NCBI GenBank assembly: GCA_965223265.1
Contig: OZ244999.1
Location: 2,752,001 to 2,816,000, forward strand
DNA: 64,000 bases
Direction of reading: 5' to 3'
Source of the DNA: Planctomycetota bacterium
Lineage (GTDB): Bacteria > Planctomycetota > UBA8108 > SXIK01
Position 1 is the first letter of the stretch. The number at the start of each line of letters is the position of its first letter. The position numbers and the translations under genes were made by a program. Below are positions 31,263 to 39,637 of this stretch, one piece after another. The notes under the pieces are model-generated. The model searched no databases. It was not told the DNA's origin and saw only the letters and a list, made by a program, of their open reading frames with translations.

Positions 31263-31808
31263 GTGAAATCGGCACAAACAGCAGAAGCGATTGCGGGGGT
31301 GGCTGGCGCCATTGCCAATCCATGCTCCGCTAGCCTTGGTGAATTGATATTCGAGCACGGTCGGCGAATCCTTGCCGTGATCAAACACGAGTCCGGCGAG
31401 CAAGACACTGTGGATCTCTCCGCAAGAGAGGAGTTCGAACGGCTGGCTTTCGCACTCGGTATAGCGCGATGGGATCTCGAAAGACTCTCACCACAAGACG
31501 TGGAGCGACTGGCTAAAGGTAGATTCGAACTGAAGCTGTTTCAGAACGCGCGGGACGTTCTTCAAGAAAGCGAAACAGAGCCGTATGAGTGCTACGTCAG
31601 ACTGAGTGACATGGCGGCGGTGGTAAGAGCGAGCAAGAGTACGTTGGAGAAACGTCGAAAGAAAAACCCGCTGCCAGATCCTGTCGTAAAAGGAGGGAGG
31701 GGGCGGGCTGCTCTGTGGAAATGGAGCGACGCGAGGGGGTGGTTGGAGAAAGAATTTGATCAGATAATACCGAATCGATTTCCCGGAGATCCATTTTATC
31801 CAAGCTGA
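31263..31808 (+). CDS. Hypothetical regulator with C-terminal AlpA/Xis-like winged HTH
   Basis: RBS AGGAGG at 31248-31253 and GTG 31263. C-terminal VRLSDMAAVVRASKSTLEKRR...LPDPV...LWKWSDARGWL. Confidence 0.65.
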   Translation: MKSAQTAEAIAGVAGAIANPCSASLGELIFEHGRRILAVIKHESGEQDTVDLSAREEFERLAFALGIARWDLERLSPQDVERLAKGRFELKLFQNARDVLQESETEPYECYVRLSDMAAVVRASKSTLEKRRKKNPLPDPVVKGGRGRAALWKWSDARGWLEKEFDQIIPNRFPGDPFYPS

Positions 31809-31930
31809 GACTCGGCGTGCGTTCGTGTGGGTGCGCGGCATCAAGACTGAAGCTCTTCCTGGGCTGGTTACGACGATCGCGTTGGCATTTGAGTTCACGT
31901 GAGTGTTACTCGCCAAACGTATGCAGCATC

Positions 31931-32390
31931 TCAACCGATCTGGCTCATCACTTCGATGGCTCTCCGCTCGTCGAGTTCGGCGTACGTCTCGGTCACCATG
32001 GGTGAGCGGTGCCCAAGGAGGATGCGTGCCACCTCGAGTCCGAACTCCTTACGCAGATTCGTCGCCGCGCTGTGACGGAGCTGATGCGGTGTCCACTTGG
32101 GAATTCCTGCGCGCTTGCACGCACGAGCGATCGCTCTGGCATAGGAGCGCGTGTCGTAGTGGCCCCTCGGTGGTCGGTCACGGTGGGGGACTCGGTTTGT
32201 ACCGGGCCGATTTCCGTACGGTAGTGGCGTCTTTCGCAGGGAATGTCGCTGCGCCAGTCGCCTCTTCTCTGCCTCTTTTGGCGAGAAAAGGTAACTGTTG
32301 AGTGGACGCGTCTCGATGAACCGCTTCAAGATCAGCTGGGCCTTCGGACCAAAGTAGATCGATCGTCTATGGCCGTGGTGCACGGTTTTG
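31931..32390 (-). pseudogene. Tyrosine integrase of element A, C-terminal part (interrupted by transposon)
   Basis: HKTVHHGHRRSIYFGPKAQ...WTPHQLRHSAAT...LLGH...TETYA carries the catalytic K, HxxR, H and Y. Confidence 0.92.
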
Positions 32391-32446
32391 TGCTGAGTCC
32401 CACAAACTCTGGCTCGTGAGCAGCGACGAGTCTCAGATTCACTGAC
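32391..32446 (+). repeat. Left transposon end with two transposase-binding-like repeats
   Basis: AGTCCCACAAACTCTGGC (32396-32413) and AGTCTCAGATTCACTGAC (32429-32446). Confidence 0.8.
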
Positions 32447-32631
32447 CCGGAAACGCCCCGGCATACCCCGCCGAACCGACCGTCCGATCATACCCCGCCT
32501 ACCCCGCGCCCCCCGTTCGACGCTGCGCCCTGGACCTTCGCTCGACTCCTCGCCTCACCTCGAGTAAAGAGGGGAGCGGAGAGACCGGTGTTGGTGCACT
32601 TCTCTCCGCAAGTCCCCGTACGGAGAGAGCG

Positions 32632-33300
32632 ATGCTACCCCATTTGGTCAACGCGATACAGAGCTATGGCGAAGCTGTTCGCCGCCGTGAGATCCAGCCG
32701 ACCTGTAACCGCTGCCCGAATTGCAGCGGGGAGCCAGATCGGTTCCGCTACCGCGGTCACCGAGAGCGCGTGTTCCTCGTTATCGTCAGGCGTCTGGTCG
32801 AACCTGTCCTGTCGCTTCTGAGTCGCTGGAAGTGTCCTCTGTGTAAGCGCTCCTTCACGCTCTACCCGCCCTTCGCGCTGCCGGGGAAACGCTACGTTCG
32901 CGACTGCGTTTTCGATCACGCTCGGCGCTACCTCCAGATCGACGAGCTTTCGTATCGCGAAGCCGTCAAGGTCGAACACATGCCCGTCTTCCACGAGGGT
33001 GACGACAGGGGAGCGATCGACGAGCGCAGCCTCGCGCACTCAACACTTCATCGTTGGCTTTCGTTCTTTCGCTCTCTCAACGCCACGCTCCTGGAGGCTC
33101 TCCGCCTCATCCGAGAGCGCTCGGCGAGGTCCGACATCTTCCGCAAGGTCTTCGCCGTCCGTCCAGCCAAGTACCGAAGCGAATCACGGCGGGACACTCT
33201 CGTCGCGGCACTTCGAGCTCTCTCGATCGACCAGGTGTTCCGTTCCCTCTTCGGCCGATCGATCTTCCCCGACTTGGCAACCTCCGCAGCCTGGGCGTGA
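32632..33300 (+). CDS. Zn-ribbon plus HTH accessory protein (DUF6431-like)
   Basis: CPNC...RWKCPLCKRSFTLYPPFALPGKRY followed by HSTLHRW. First gene of the transposon. Confidence 0.8.
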   Translation: MLPHLVNAIQSYGEAVRRREIQPTCNRCPNCSGEPDRFRYRGHRERVFLVIVRRLVEPVLSLLSRWKCPLCKRSFTLYPPFALPGKRYVRDCVFDHARRYLQIDELSYREAVKVEHMPVFHEGDDRGAIDERSLAHSTLHRWLSFFRSLNATLLEALRLIRERSARSDIFRKVFAVRPAKYRSESRRDTLVAALRALSIDQVFRSLFGRSIFPDLATSAAWA

Positions 33301-33340
33301 GCGAGAATCACGCCTCGCTCGCCCCATGCGAGGTGTGATC

Positions 33341-34903
33341 ATGAAAGCGAAAGATCTCGATTGGGCTATCTTCTGGGCGGCTCTTCTCCAGCCCGTCGTC
33401 ATCGGCGAGGTGCCGGAGGAGGAAGCCGCGCGATTTCTCCGCGAGCTCGCCAAAGAAGAGCGCATCTTTCCCGACGGATCGCGACGCAAGCCGGCTCTTT
33501 CGACCCTGAGGCGGAAGCTTCGCATCTATCGCGAGGAGGGCTTCGAGGGTCTTGCCCGCAGGCCGCGAAGCGATCGCGGGAAACCGCGTGCCCACGGCAA
33601 AGAGCTCGTCGAGAAAGCCGTCGAGCTGAAGCGTGATCAGCCACTGCGCTCCCACTTCGCCATCAACAAGTTCCTCCAGGCTCAGCACGGAAAGACCATT
33701 CCGCGTTCGACCCTCTTCCGCTACCTCAAGATCGCCGGCGCGACGCGGCTGAAGCTCGGTGTCGAGAGGAGGAAAGTCCGGAAACGCTGGACTCGTGACT
33801 CCACCCATGCCCTCTGGGTCGGCGACTTCGCCGATGGACCCTACGTGCTGCACGACGGCGAAGTCGTCCCCACCTTCCTCTGTGTTCTCATCGACTGCTA
33901 CAGCCGCTCGCTCGTCGAGGGGCGCTACTACCTTCGGCAAAATCTCGAGGTCTTGATCGACTGCTTGCTGCGGGCGTGGGCCAAGCACGGTGCTTCGGAC
34001 GAGCTCTATGTCGATCAGGCGAAGGTCTATATCTCCAAAGCGCTCAAGGCGGCATGCCTTGCCGTTGTCACCCGGCTCATCCATCGCGGCAAGGGCGATC
34101 CGCCACCGGGTGGTCTCGTCGAACGACTCATCGAGACGATACAGGGCCAGTTCGAGGCCGAGGTCAGAGCCGGCGAGATCCTCACTCTCGACTCGCTCAA
34201 CGGAAGCTTCGATTCCTGGAAGACCGTGGCCTACCACCGCCAGGTCAACACCGAGACCGGCGAAACACCCGAGGCACGAGCCGAGGCCGGCCTCAAACGG
34301 CCTATCCGACACGTCGACATTCAGCGCGTCACCGAGTTCTTCATGTGCCGCGAGACGCGGCGCGTTCACCCGGACTTCTCCGACGTCCAGCTCGATCGCC
34401 GCTTCTATCGCGTCGACAAGAGTCTGCGCGGTGACAAGGTCGAAGTCCGCTACGATCCCTTCTCCGCGCCCGACACGGTTCTCATCTACTCCAGCAACGA
34501 AGAGTACCTCGGAAAGGGCGTCCTTCACGAGCGCGAAGAGGGCGAGGACGCCGGTGCTCCCGCCCCTCCCGCCAAAGCGAAGCACAACTATCTGGAGCTT
34601 CTTCGCCGTGAGCACGACGAGGAGCTCAAGAAGCGCGCCCAGGGGATCGACTACCGTCGTGTCATCGCCTCTCGCCAGTGGCCCTTCACCGACTTCGCAT
34701 GCCTTCTCGGCCGGCTCATGGGGCGCAAGGGCGCCCTCTCGAGCTTCACCGCCGAGGAGCTCGAGGAACTCAAGAAGTTCTACAACCGTACTCCCAGCCT
34801 CACCGAAGTCCTCTTGCTGAGGGCCTTCGAGAAGGCTCCGGAGAAATCCATTCCCTACATCGCCTACGAGCTTCAACGACTCGCAGGCAGAAAGGAGGAC
34901 TGA
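33341..34903 (+). CDS. DDE transposase/integrase (rve core, Mu-transposase C-terminal-like domain)
   Basis: N-terminal HTH with GLARRPRSDRG. Catalytic motifs WVGDFADG, LYVDQAKVY and GLVERLIETIQ. C-terminal LRGDKVEVRYDPF. Confidence 0.93.
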   Translation: MKAKDLDWAIFWAALLQPVVIGEVPEEEAARFLRELAKEERIFPDGSRRKPALSTLRRKLRIYREEGFEGLARRPRSDRGKPRAHGKELVEKAVELKRDQPLRSHFAINKFLQAQHGKTIPRSTLFRYLKIAGATRLKLGVERRKVRKRWTRDSTHALWVGDFADGPYVLHDGEVVPTFLCVLIDCYSRSLVEGRYYLRQNLEVLIDCLLRAWAKHGASDELYVDQAKVYISKALKAACLAVVTRLIHRGKGDPPPGGLVERLIETIQGQFEAEVRAGEILTLDSLNGSFDSWKTVAYHRQVNTETGETPEARAEAGLKRPIRHVDIQRVTEFFMCRETRRVHPDFSDVQLDRRFYRVDKSLRGDKVEVRYDPFSAPDTVLIYSSNEEYLGKGVLHEREEGEDAGAPAPPAKAKHNYLELLRREHDEELKKRAQGIDYRRVIASRQWPFTDFACLLGRLMGRKGALSSFTAEELEELKKFYNRTPSLTEVLLLRAFEKAPEKSIPYIAYELQRLAGRKED

Positions 34904-35694
34904 TGTTCACCACCCATTTCAAGATGACGACGCAGCCCTTTCTCGAGCGCGCGCCCGTCGAGCAGATTCTTTCCGACGAGCGCATCACCCAGGGACTCGC
35001 TCGACTGGAGTACCTCGCCAAGTCGGGCTCGATCGGCCTGGTGACCGGACTCACCGGGGTGGGGAAGTCGTCTCTGGTGAAGCTCTTCGTGCGCTCGCTG
35101 AGCCGCAACCTCTACGACCCGATCTATCTCTCGCTGACCTACGTCGGGGCAAACGGCATTCTGAAGCTCCTGGTTTCCAGCCTCGGCGAGCAGCCCCGCC
35201 GTGGCAAGGAGCGGCTCTTCCTCCAGATCCTGGATCGCGTCGGGGCGAACGAGCACACGACAATCCTCGTCATCGATGAAGCGCACCTGCTTCCTTCGGA
35301 GTCGCTCACCGATCTGAGACTTCTGGTCAGCTCCGGACTCGAGGACGGCCCGCCATTGAAGATCCTCCTCAGCGGACAAGAGACCCTGAGAAAGGAGCTT
35401 ACCCGAGCGCGCCACGCCGATCTCACGCATCGGCTCAGCGTGCGCTACCACGTGCCGCCGCTCAGCAAGGAGCAGACGGTCGAGTACATCGACTTTCAGA
35501 TGCGCGCAGCCGGCGCCTCGCAGAAAGTCTTCGAGCCTGAAGCGAAGTCGCTCATCCACGACTACTCAAGCGGCGTGCCGCGGCGCATCAACAACATCGC
35601 CACCGCCTGCCTCATTCAGGCCGCGAGCAAGAACGTCCAGAAGATCTCCGAGGCGCTCGTCAACGACACCGCCCCCGAGTTCCATCTGCCCTGA
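34903..35694 (+). CDS. ExeA-like AAA+ ATPase (transposition helper, TnsC/MuB/IstB-like role)
   Basis: TGATG coupling to the transposase. Walker A GLTGVGKS, Walker B LVIDEAH, LSGQ and SSGVPRRIN. Confidence 0.93.
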   Translation: MFTTHFKMTTQPFLERAPVEQILSDERITQGLARLEYLAKSGSIGLVTGLTGVGKSSLVKLFVRSLSRNLYDPIYLSLTYVGANGILKLLVSSLGEQPRRGKERLFLQILDRVGANEHTTILVIDEAHLLPSESLTDLRLLVSSGLEDGPPLKILLSGQETLRKELTRARHADLTHRLSVRYHVPPLSKEQTVEYIDFQMRAAGASQKVFEPEAKSLIHDYSSGVPRRINNIATACLIQAASKNVQKISEALVNDTAPEFHLP

Positions 35695-35713
35695 GAACGG
35701 AGACTGACGCGCC

Positions 35714-36007
35714 ATGTTCCACAAGACCCTGATGCCTCGAGTCAACGACTTCGCCGAGTATCCTGAGCTCGCCGTTTTGATGACCCTCGCGACGAACCTC
35801 GAGATCGCCCTGTTCGCTCTGAACGCCGCGTACCCCGATCTCGACTTCGACTACACGCAACGCTCCTCCTACACCGAGCAAGACGCCTATCTCGCCGCCT
35901 TGGGCGCTCAGCTGCGAGCGCTCCAGATCGTCCTCGAAGAGTATCTCGAGAGCCTGCAACGAATCCGATATTTGAAGGCGCCGAGCGGTGGAGGTGGCGT
36001 CGCATGA
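35714..36007 (+). CDS. Small helical hypothetical protein inside the transposon
   Basis: GGAG RBS. ATGA overlap with the next gene. Confidence 0.7.
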   Translation: MFHKTLMPRVNDFAEYPELAVLMTLATNLEIALFALNAAYPDLDFDYTQRSSYTEQDAYLAALGAQLRALQIVLEEYLESLQRIRYLKAPSGGGGVA

Positions 36008-36321
36008 CAGGACGATTCTCCGGCAAGCTCCTGCGGTCGTTGAGAAACGATATACCGATCGCGTGGCTCCTCGATCTGCTCGGCGTCCCCGCGAAAATCT
36101 CCGAGGGCTACGTGCGCTTCCTCTGTCCGCGGTGTCGCGAATTCAACACCGCGACGAAGGCGTCCACCAACCTCGCGCGTTGCTTTCGCTGCGAGACGAA
36201 CTTCAACCCGATCGACCTGGTCATGATCGTCAAGCGGCTGAATTTCGTCGACGCCGTCGAGTTCCTCGCCGAGCTCCGCGATCGTCGCGGTGACGCTCGC
36301 GCCACGCCTCGCCCTTCGTGA
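36004..36321 (+). CDS. Stand-alone primase-type (CHC2-like) zinc-finger protein
   Basis: FLCPRC...NLARCFRCETNFNPIDLVM...FVDAVEFL matches the DnaG zinc-binding-domain pattern. Confidence 0.85.
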   Translation: MTGRFSGKLLRSLRNDIPIAWLLDLLGVPAKISEGYVRFLCPRCREFNTATKASTNLARCFRCETNFNPIDLVMIVKRLNFVDAVEFLAELRDRRGDARATPRPS

Positions 36322-36409
36322 TTCCCCGGGTCGTCGTGCCGTCCGGGACACGACGACCCGCGCCTTCTCGCCTCGCAAATCGCATCTCGCACCCGCGAAT
36401 CAGCACCAT

Positions 36410-36455
36410 GCCATTTAATCTGGGATTTCCGCGCCAGATACTGTGGGACTTAGCA
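36410..36455 (-). repeat. Right transposon end with two transposase-binding-like repeats
   Basis: Minus strand AGTCCCACAGTATCTGGC (36450-36433) and AATCCCAGATTAAATGGC (36427-36410). Confidence 0.8.
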
Positions 36456-37183
36456 GTTTTGTGCTGCTCTGGGGTGTATGTCCAAACTCCACCGCTGGTG
36501 TCGAGGTCGACGGCTCGTAGGGGAAGGAGCTCTCCGGATCGCGCGCCGCTGAGACTTTGGAGCTCAACCAGTGCCCAAACTTCGCTTGAGACATGCGGCC
36601 GAATCGCCGCGACGTCTCTCTCGGCAACAGCCTTCACGGGATCTGGCTCGCGCGCACCGGAGCGTCCACGCTGCAGTCCTCTTACCGTCTGGAGCGCATG
36701 ATATACCTTCGCGTCGACTAACTCTTCTTCGCCCGCCCACTTGAAGACGCGCCGCAAGCGATTCATTGCTTGATTGATCGATGAGCGGGCTAGCCCCCTT
36801 TGAATCAAGCGTGCCCGTACGGTCTTCATCTTCCGTGGGCCGAACTCAGCGGCGGGTGACTCACCGTAAAGCTCGGCGAGCGGACGAAGCACCACCTTGA
36901 AGTTCTCCGTCTCTCCCGTGGGGGACCCGTCTGCCCTTCTGTAATGGAGCTTGGCGTGTCTGAGAAAGCGAGCGGCAAGCTCTACGATCGTCAGATCGCT
37001 TTGGGCCACCGTAACCTCGCCGTTCGCCTCCCACTCGGCAAGGACCTGATGGTACTCCTGGCGGCTCTTTTGCGTTCCGTAGAGCCCGAGGTAGTGACGG
37101 ACTCCGTTCAGCTCGACGAATGCGAGATCGGAGCCGTTGCTGCGCTTCTGCCTGCGGTACGAAGGTGAGCTTCGCCGAATCAT
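36456..37183 (-). pseudogene. Tyrosine integrase of element A, N-terminal part
   Basis: PSYRRQK..AFVELNG..HYLG.YG, FGPRKMK, SGARSGEL (catalytic R) and YTPEQHKT. RBS GGGAGG. Confidence 0.92.
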
Positions 37184-37193
37184 GTGGGCCTCC

Positions 37194-37229
37194 CAGAGTC
37201 GACGAATCGTATACAGGTATACGACTCTG
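37194..37229. promoter_or_regulatory. Palindrome immediately upstream of the integrase A RBS
   Basis: TCGTATAC-AG-GTATACGA nested in CAGAGTCG...CGACTCTG. Confidence 0.55.
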
Positions 37230-37297
37230 ACAGTGGGTTACAGCCGCTCCCCCATTGAGGGGGGTATCCTAACACAAGGATTCAGCGAGGTTTAAAA

Positions 37298-37342
37298 TGG
37301 TGGGCGTTACTGGACTTGAACCAGTGACCCCCAGCTTGTCGA
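37298..37342 (-). tRNA. 3' fragment of tRNA-Val(GAC) acting as att core (not a complete tRNA)
   Basis: Minus strand TCGACAA GCTGG GGGTC ACTGG TTCAAGT CCAGT AACGCCC A CCA gives anticodon loop, T arm, acceptor 3' strand and CCA. The 5' half is absent. Confidence 0.88.
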
Positions 37343-37472
37343 CGAGGAAAAACCGATGTATAAGAACTCGTGTTAACCCTTGAGAATGCTTTGTAATATA
37401 TTATTATATCAATATTTATGAGATCGTCCTCTACGGCTCTCCAGTGCTCGCTCTCACTCGGAAACGCTCATT

Positions 37473-37496
37473 TGTAGGTACTCATACAGGTACTCA
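37473..37496 (+). promoter_or_regulatory. Tandem 12-bp direct repeat, candidate integrase arm-type sites
   Basis: TGTAGGTACTCA TACAGGTACTCA, ~130 bp from the att core and 2 bp before the integrase start. An AT-rich tract lies at 37393-37420. Confidence 0.6.
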
Positions 37497-37498
37497 TC

Positions 37499-38707
37499 GT
37501 GATTTCCTTTGGCAAGATCCGGCGGCGCAAATTGCACGGTCGGTTGACGTCCACTTACTGGGTGCGTTGCTGGGATCCGCAGCGAAAGAGGCAGTCCTGG
37601 CGGAGTACCCGATGTAAGACGATCCAGGCGGCAAGAGAGTGGGTGCGGACGCAGGAGGTCCGACAGGCTCTCGGCAAGGATCGCCAGGAAGCGGTGGAGC
37701 AGGCGGAAAAGACTTTCGCGGCTGCCTACGCCTCCTGGATCGGGCAGAAGCGGGAAAAAGTCTCCGTGAAATGCTTTCAGACGCTGAAGTATCAGGGCGA
37801 TCACTTCTGGCTTGGATTCTTTGGAGAGAGAGCTCTCTCTGAGATCGATACGGAGCTTGTTCAGGAGTATCAGAGGAAACGCAAATCTGGAACGATTTCA
37901 CATCCAGATGAGACACGACGAAGACGAATACGACGAATCGGTGAGGTCACGCTCAACAACGATCTAAGACACTTCGGAAACCTGCTGAAATACTGTCGTC
38001 TCAGGGGATGGATGGATACGAACCCGCTCGAAGGGATCTACCGTCACTCGGAACAGATACGCAAAAGGACTCGGTACATCTCTCGTGAGGAAGAGGAGCG
38101 ACTGTTGAAGGCATGTCGTGAACCAGTCGTCACGCAAGTCTCCGCGAAACGCAACAAAGGCGGGCGACGTGGTGGGGTGGTCTCCAACGATCCCGTCACG
38201 TTTCAGCAAAAGGTTCCGATCCCTGATTATCTCTACCCACTCGTGCTCACCGGGCTTCGAACTGGTTTGCGCAGACGGACACTCCTCTCGCTGTGCTGGA
38301 GGCATGTCGACTTTCAGGGGCGACGCTGGCGAATTCCGGCTGAGCTGATGAAATCGCGAGAAGATTACTGTGCTCCCATCGCACAATCCGTCGTTGACGA
38401 ACTGAGGAGGTATCGAAAGCACCTGAGTTTGAGCCCGAAACGTGTTCATCCGAGTGCAACGATCTTCGGGCTGACGCCGGATTCTGAGTTCAAGCGTAGC
38501 TTCCGCAACGCGGTGAAGAGAGCCAAGCTTACGCTACGGTTTCATGACTTGCGCAGAATCTTTCTTAATCGCTGTCGGGAAAAAGGAATCAGCATCGAAA
38601 CGGCGATGGCGCTCACGCAGCATCGTAGCCTTGCAACCGTGCTCAAGCACTATCGTGAGGTTCCCCAGAGGGATCTTGAGCACGCGGTAGACGCCCTTGA
38701 CGGTTAG
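37499..38707 (+). CDS. Tyrosine recombinase/integrase of element B
   Basis: Catalytic set TGLRR, MKSR, FHDLRR, TQH and KHY. SAM-like TLNNDLRHFGNLLKY...NPL. Basic arm-binding N-terminus. Confidence 0.93.
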   Translation: MISFGKIRRRKLHGRLTSTYWVRCWDPQRKRQSWRSTRCKTIQAAREWVRTQEVRQALGKDRQEAVEQAEKTFAAAYASWIGQKREKVSVKCFQTLKYQGDHFWLGFFGERALSEIDTELVQEYQRKRKSGTISHPDETRRRRIRRIGEVTLNNDLRHFGNLLKYCRLRGWMDTNPLEGIYRHSEQIRKRTRYISREEEERLLKACREPVVTQVSAKRNKGGRRGGVVSNDPVTFQQKVPIPDYLYPLVLTGLRTGLRRRTLLSLCWRHVDFQGRRWRIPAELMKSREDYCAPIAQSVVDELRRYRKHLSLSPKRVHPSATIFGLTPDSEFKRSFRNAVKRAKLTLRFHDLRRIFLNRCREKGISIETAMALTQHRSLATVLKHYREVPQRDLEHAVDALDG

Positions 38708-38720
38708 GCTCGACTGTTCT

Positions 38721-38972
38721 TCATCGTCGCCGTCGTGGATGTCGTCGTTCGTCGGGCGCTGTGCACGGATTCTCATCGAGGAACCGTTCAAGCGACGACT
38801 GCGAGACACGGATCAGCACGCCAACTCGGATTGCGGTGAGCTTCCCTTCAAAAATGAAGCGTCGAACCGCAGATTCGTGGATCTGAAGAAGGTGCGCGAC
38901 CTGCTGCACCGAGAAAAGACGAAGGGAGCCTGGAAGATCGGCCGTTGAGCTCTGTTGGGGAGTGGTGCTCAT
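38721..38972 (-). CDS. Excisionase-like HTH_17 DNA-binding protein
   Basis: LFSVQQVAHLLQIHESAVRRFIFEGKLTAIRVGVLIRVSQSSLERFL. Convergent with the integrase. Confidence 0.88.
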   Translation of the reverse strand: MSTTPQQSSTADLPGSLRLFSVQQVAHLLQIHESAVRRFIFEGKLTAIRVGVLIRVSQSSLERFLDENPCTAPDERRHPRRRR

Positions 38973-39442
38973 GGTGGATCCCCCGCAAGTGATGTGGTCT
39001 CTGAGTGGTCTGTAGGTGCGCGACACGCTTCCCGCAATAGCGGCAACACCTCAAAAAGAAACTCCCGGTACAGCTCCTCGCTGAGAACTCCCTGCGCCCA
39101 AGCAGCACACAGGCGGAACTCGAGGGCTTCGACAGCCTGCAGGTTGTGGACGTCCGAACGGATGCGAACGAGCGTCTCTTCGATCTCAAGCTGCGCTTCG
39201 AGGACTTCGATGACGTCGGGAATCTTGGCGTCGACTCGGGCTCTGACGGCGCTAGGCACGACCTCGGCCGGCGGTTCATAGCAGACGACGGTGGTGCCGT
39301 CGGGTCGATGGAGCTGGTGGGGGCTCCTGGCCGCGGGCCGGAAAAGCGAGATGCACGAGGCAGAGATGGCGACGAAAAGCAGCGCCGTGAGCGTCACGGC
39401 GAAGGTTATGAGTGAGCGGGTTGGAAACCGTACGCTGAGCAA
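38969..39442 (-). CDS. Putative lipoprotein, translationally coupled to the excisionase
   Basis: AGGAGG 5 nt before TTG 39442. Hydrophobic stretch ending ISASC. Stop overlaps the excisionase ATG (ATGA). Confidence 0.65.
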   Translation of the reverse strand: MLSVRFPTRSLITFAVTLTALLFVAISASCISLFRPAARSPHQLHRPDGTTVVCYEPPAEVVPSAVRARVDAKIPDVIEVLEAQLEIEETLVRIRSDVHNLQAVEALEFRLCAAWAQGVLSEELYREFLFEVLPLLREACRAPTDHSETTSLAGDPP

Positions 39443-39504
39443 AGAAACCTCCTGAAGAGTCTGAGAGAGTATCAAAGACTGACGCGGGCGTGCGCGATGC
39501 ACGC

Positions 39505-39524
39505 TTCCACCTCTTAGTTGCCGC
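39505..39524 (-). promoter_or_regulatory. Element-specific promoter-like motif, copy 1
   Basis: GCGGCAACTAAGAGGTGGAA, shared with 56105-56146, 56358-56390 and 59805-59843. Confidence 0.6.
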
Positions 39525-39637
39525 AAACGGCGGATGTGCGAAACGGAATCTGGGAAGTTTTTCGACGTGACGATTGGCAGCTGAGGAGTCAGAGCGAAAC
39601 CCAGTTGATCAAACGAGATGGGTTGAACGACGAACGA

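Larger units (their letters stand above)
32391..36455 (+). mobile_element. 4,065-bp Mu/Tn552/IS481-like DDE transposon with ExeA-type ATPase
   Basis: Ends TGCTGAGTCCCACAAACTCTGGC and (reverse complement) TGCTAAGTCCCACAGTATCTGGC. Target duplication GTTTTG at 32385-32390 and 36456-36461. Removing the element restores a 393-aa integrase. Confidence 0.95.

Noticed and set aside
33308-34876. 522-aa antisense ORF and similar long shadow ORFs (e.g. 61879-62997, 53603-54619)
   Set aside because: Expected mirror frames of GC-rich genes, with no motifs or RBS.
34903-35694. Type II secretion ExeA/GspA
   Set aside because: No peptidoglycan-binding domain or T2SS genes. It is coupled to a transposase inside inverted repeats.
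36230-36455. C-terminal tail of the 317-aa integrase ORF, and N-terminus of the 186-aa ORF at 32391-32491
   Set aside because: Both are read-through into the transposon ends.
37298-37342. Functional tRNA-Val gene
   Set aside because: The D arm and 5' acceptor strand are missing; only the att fragment is present.
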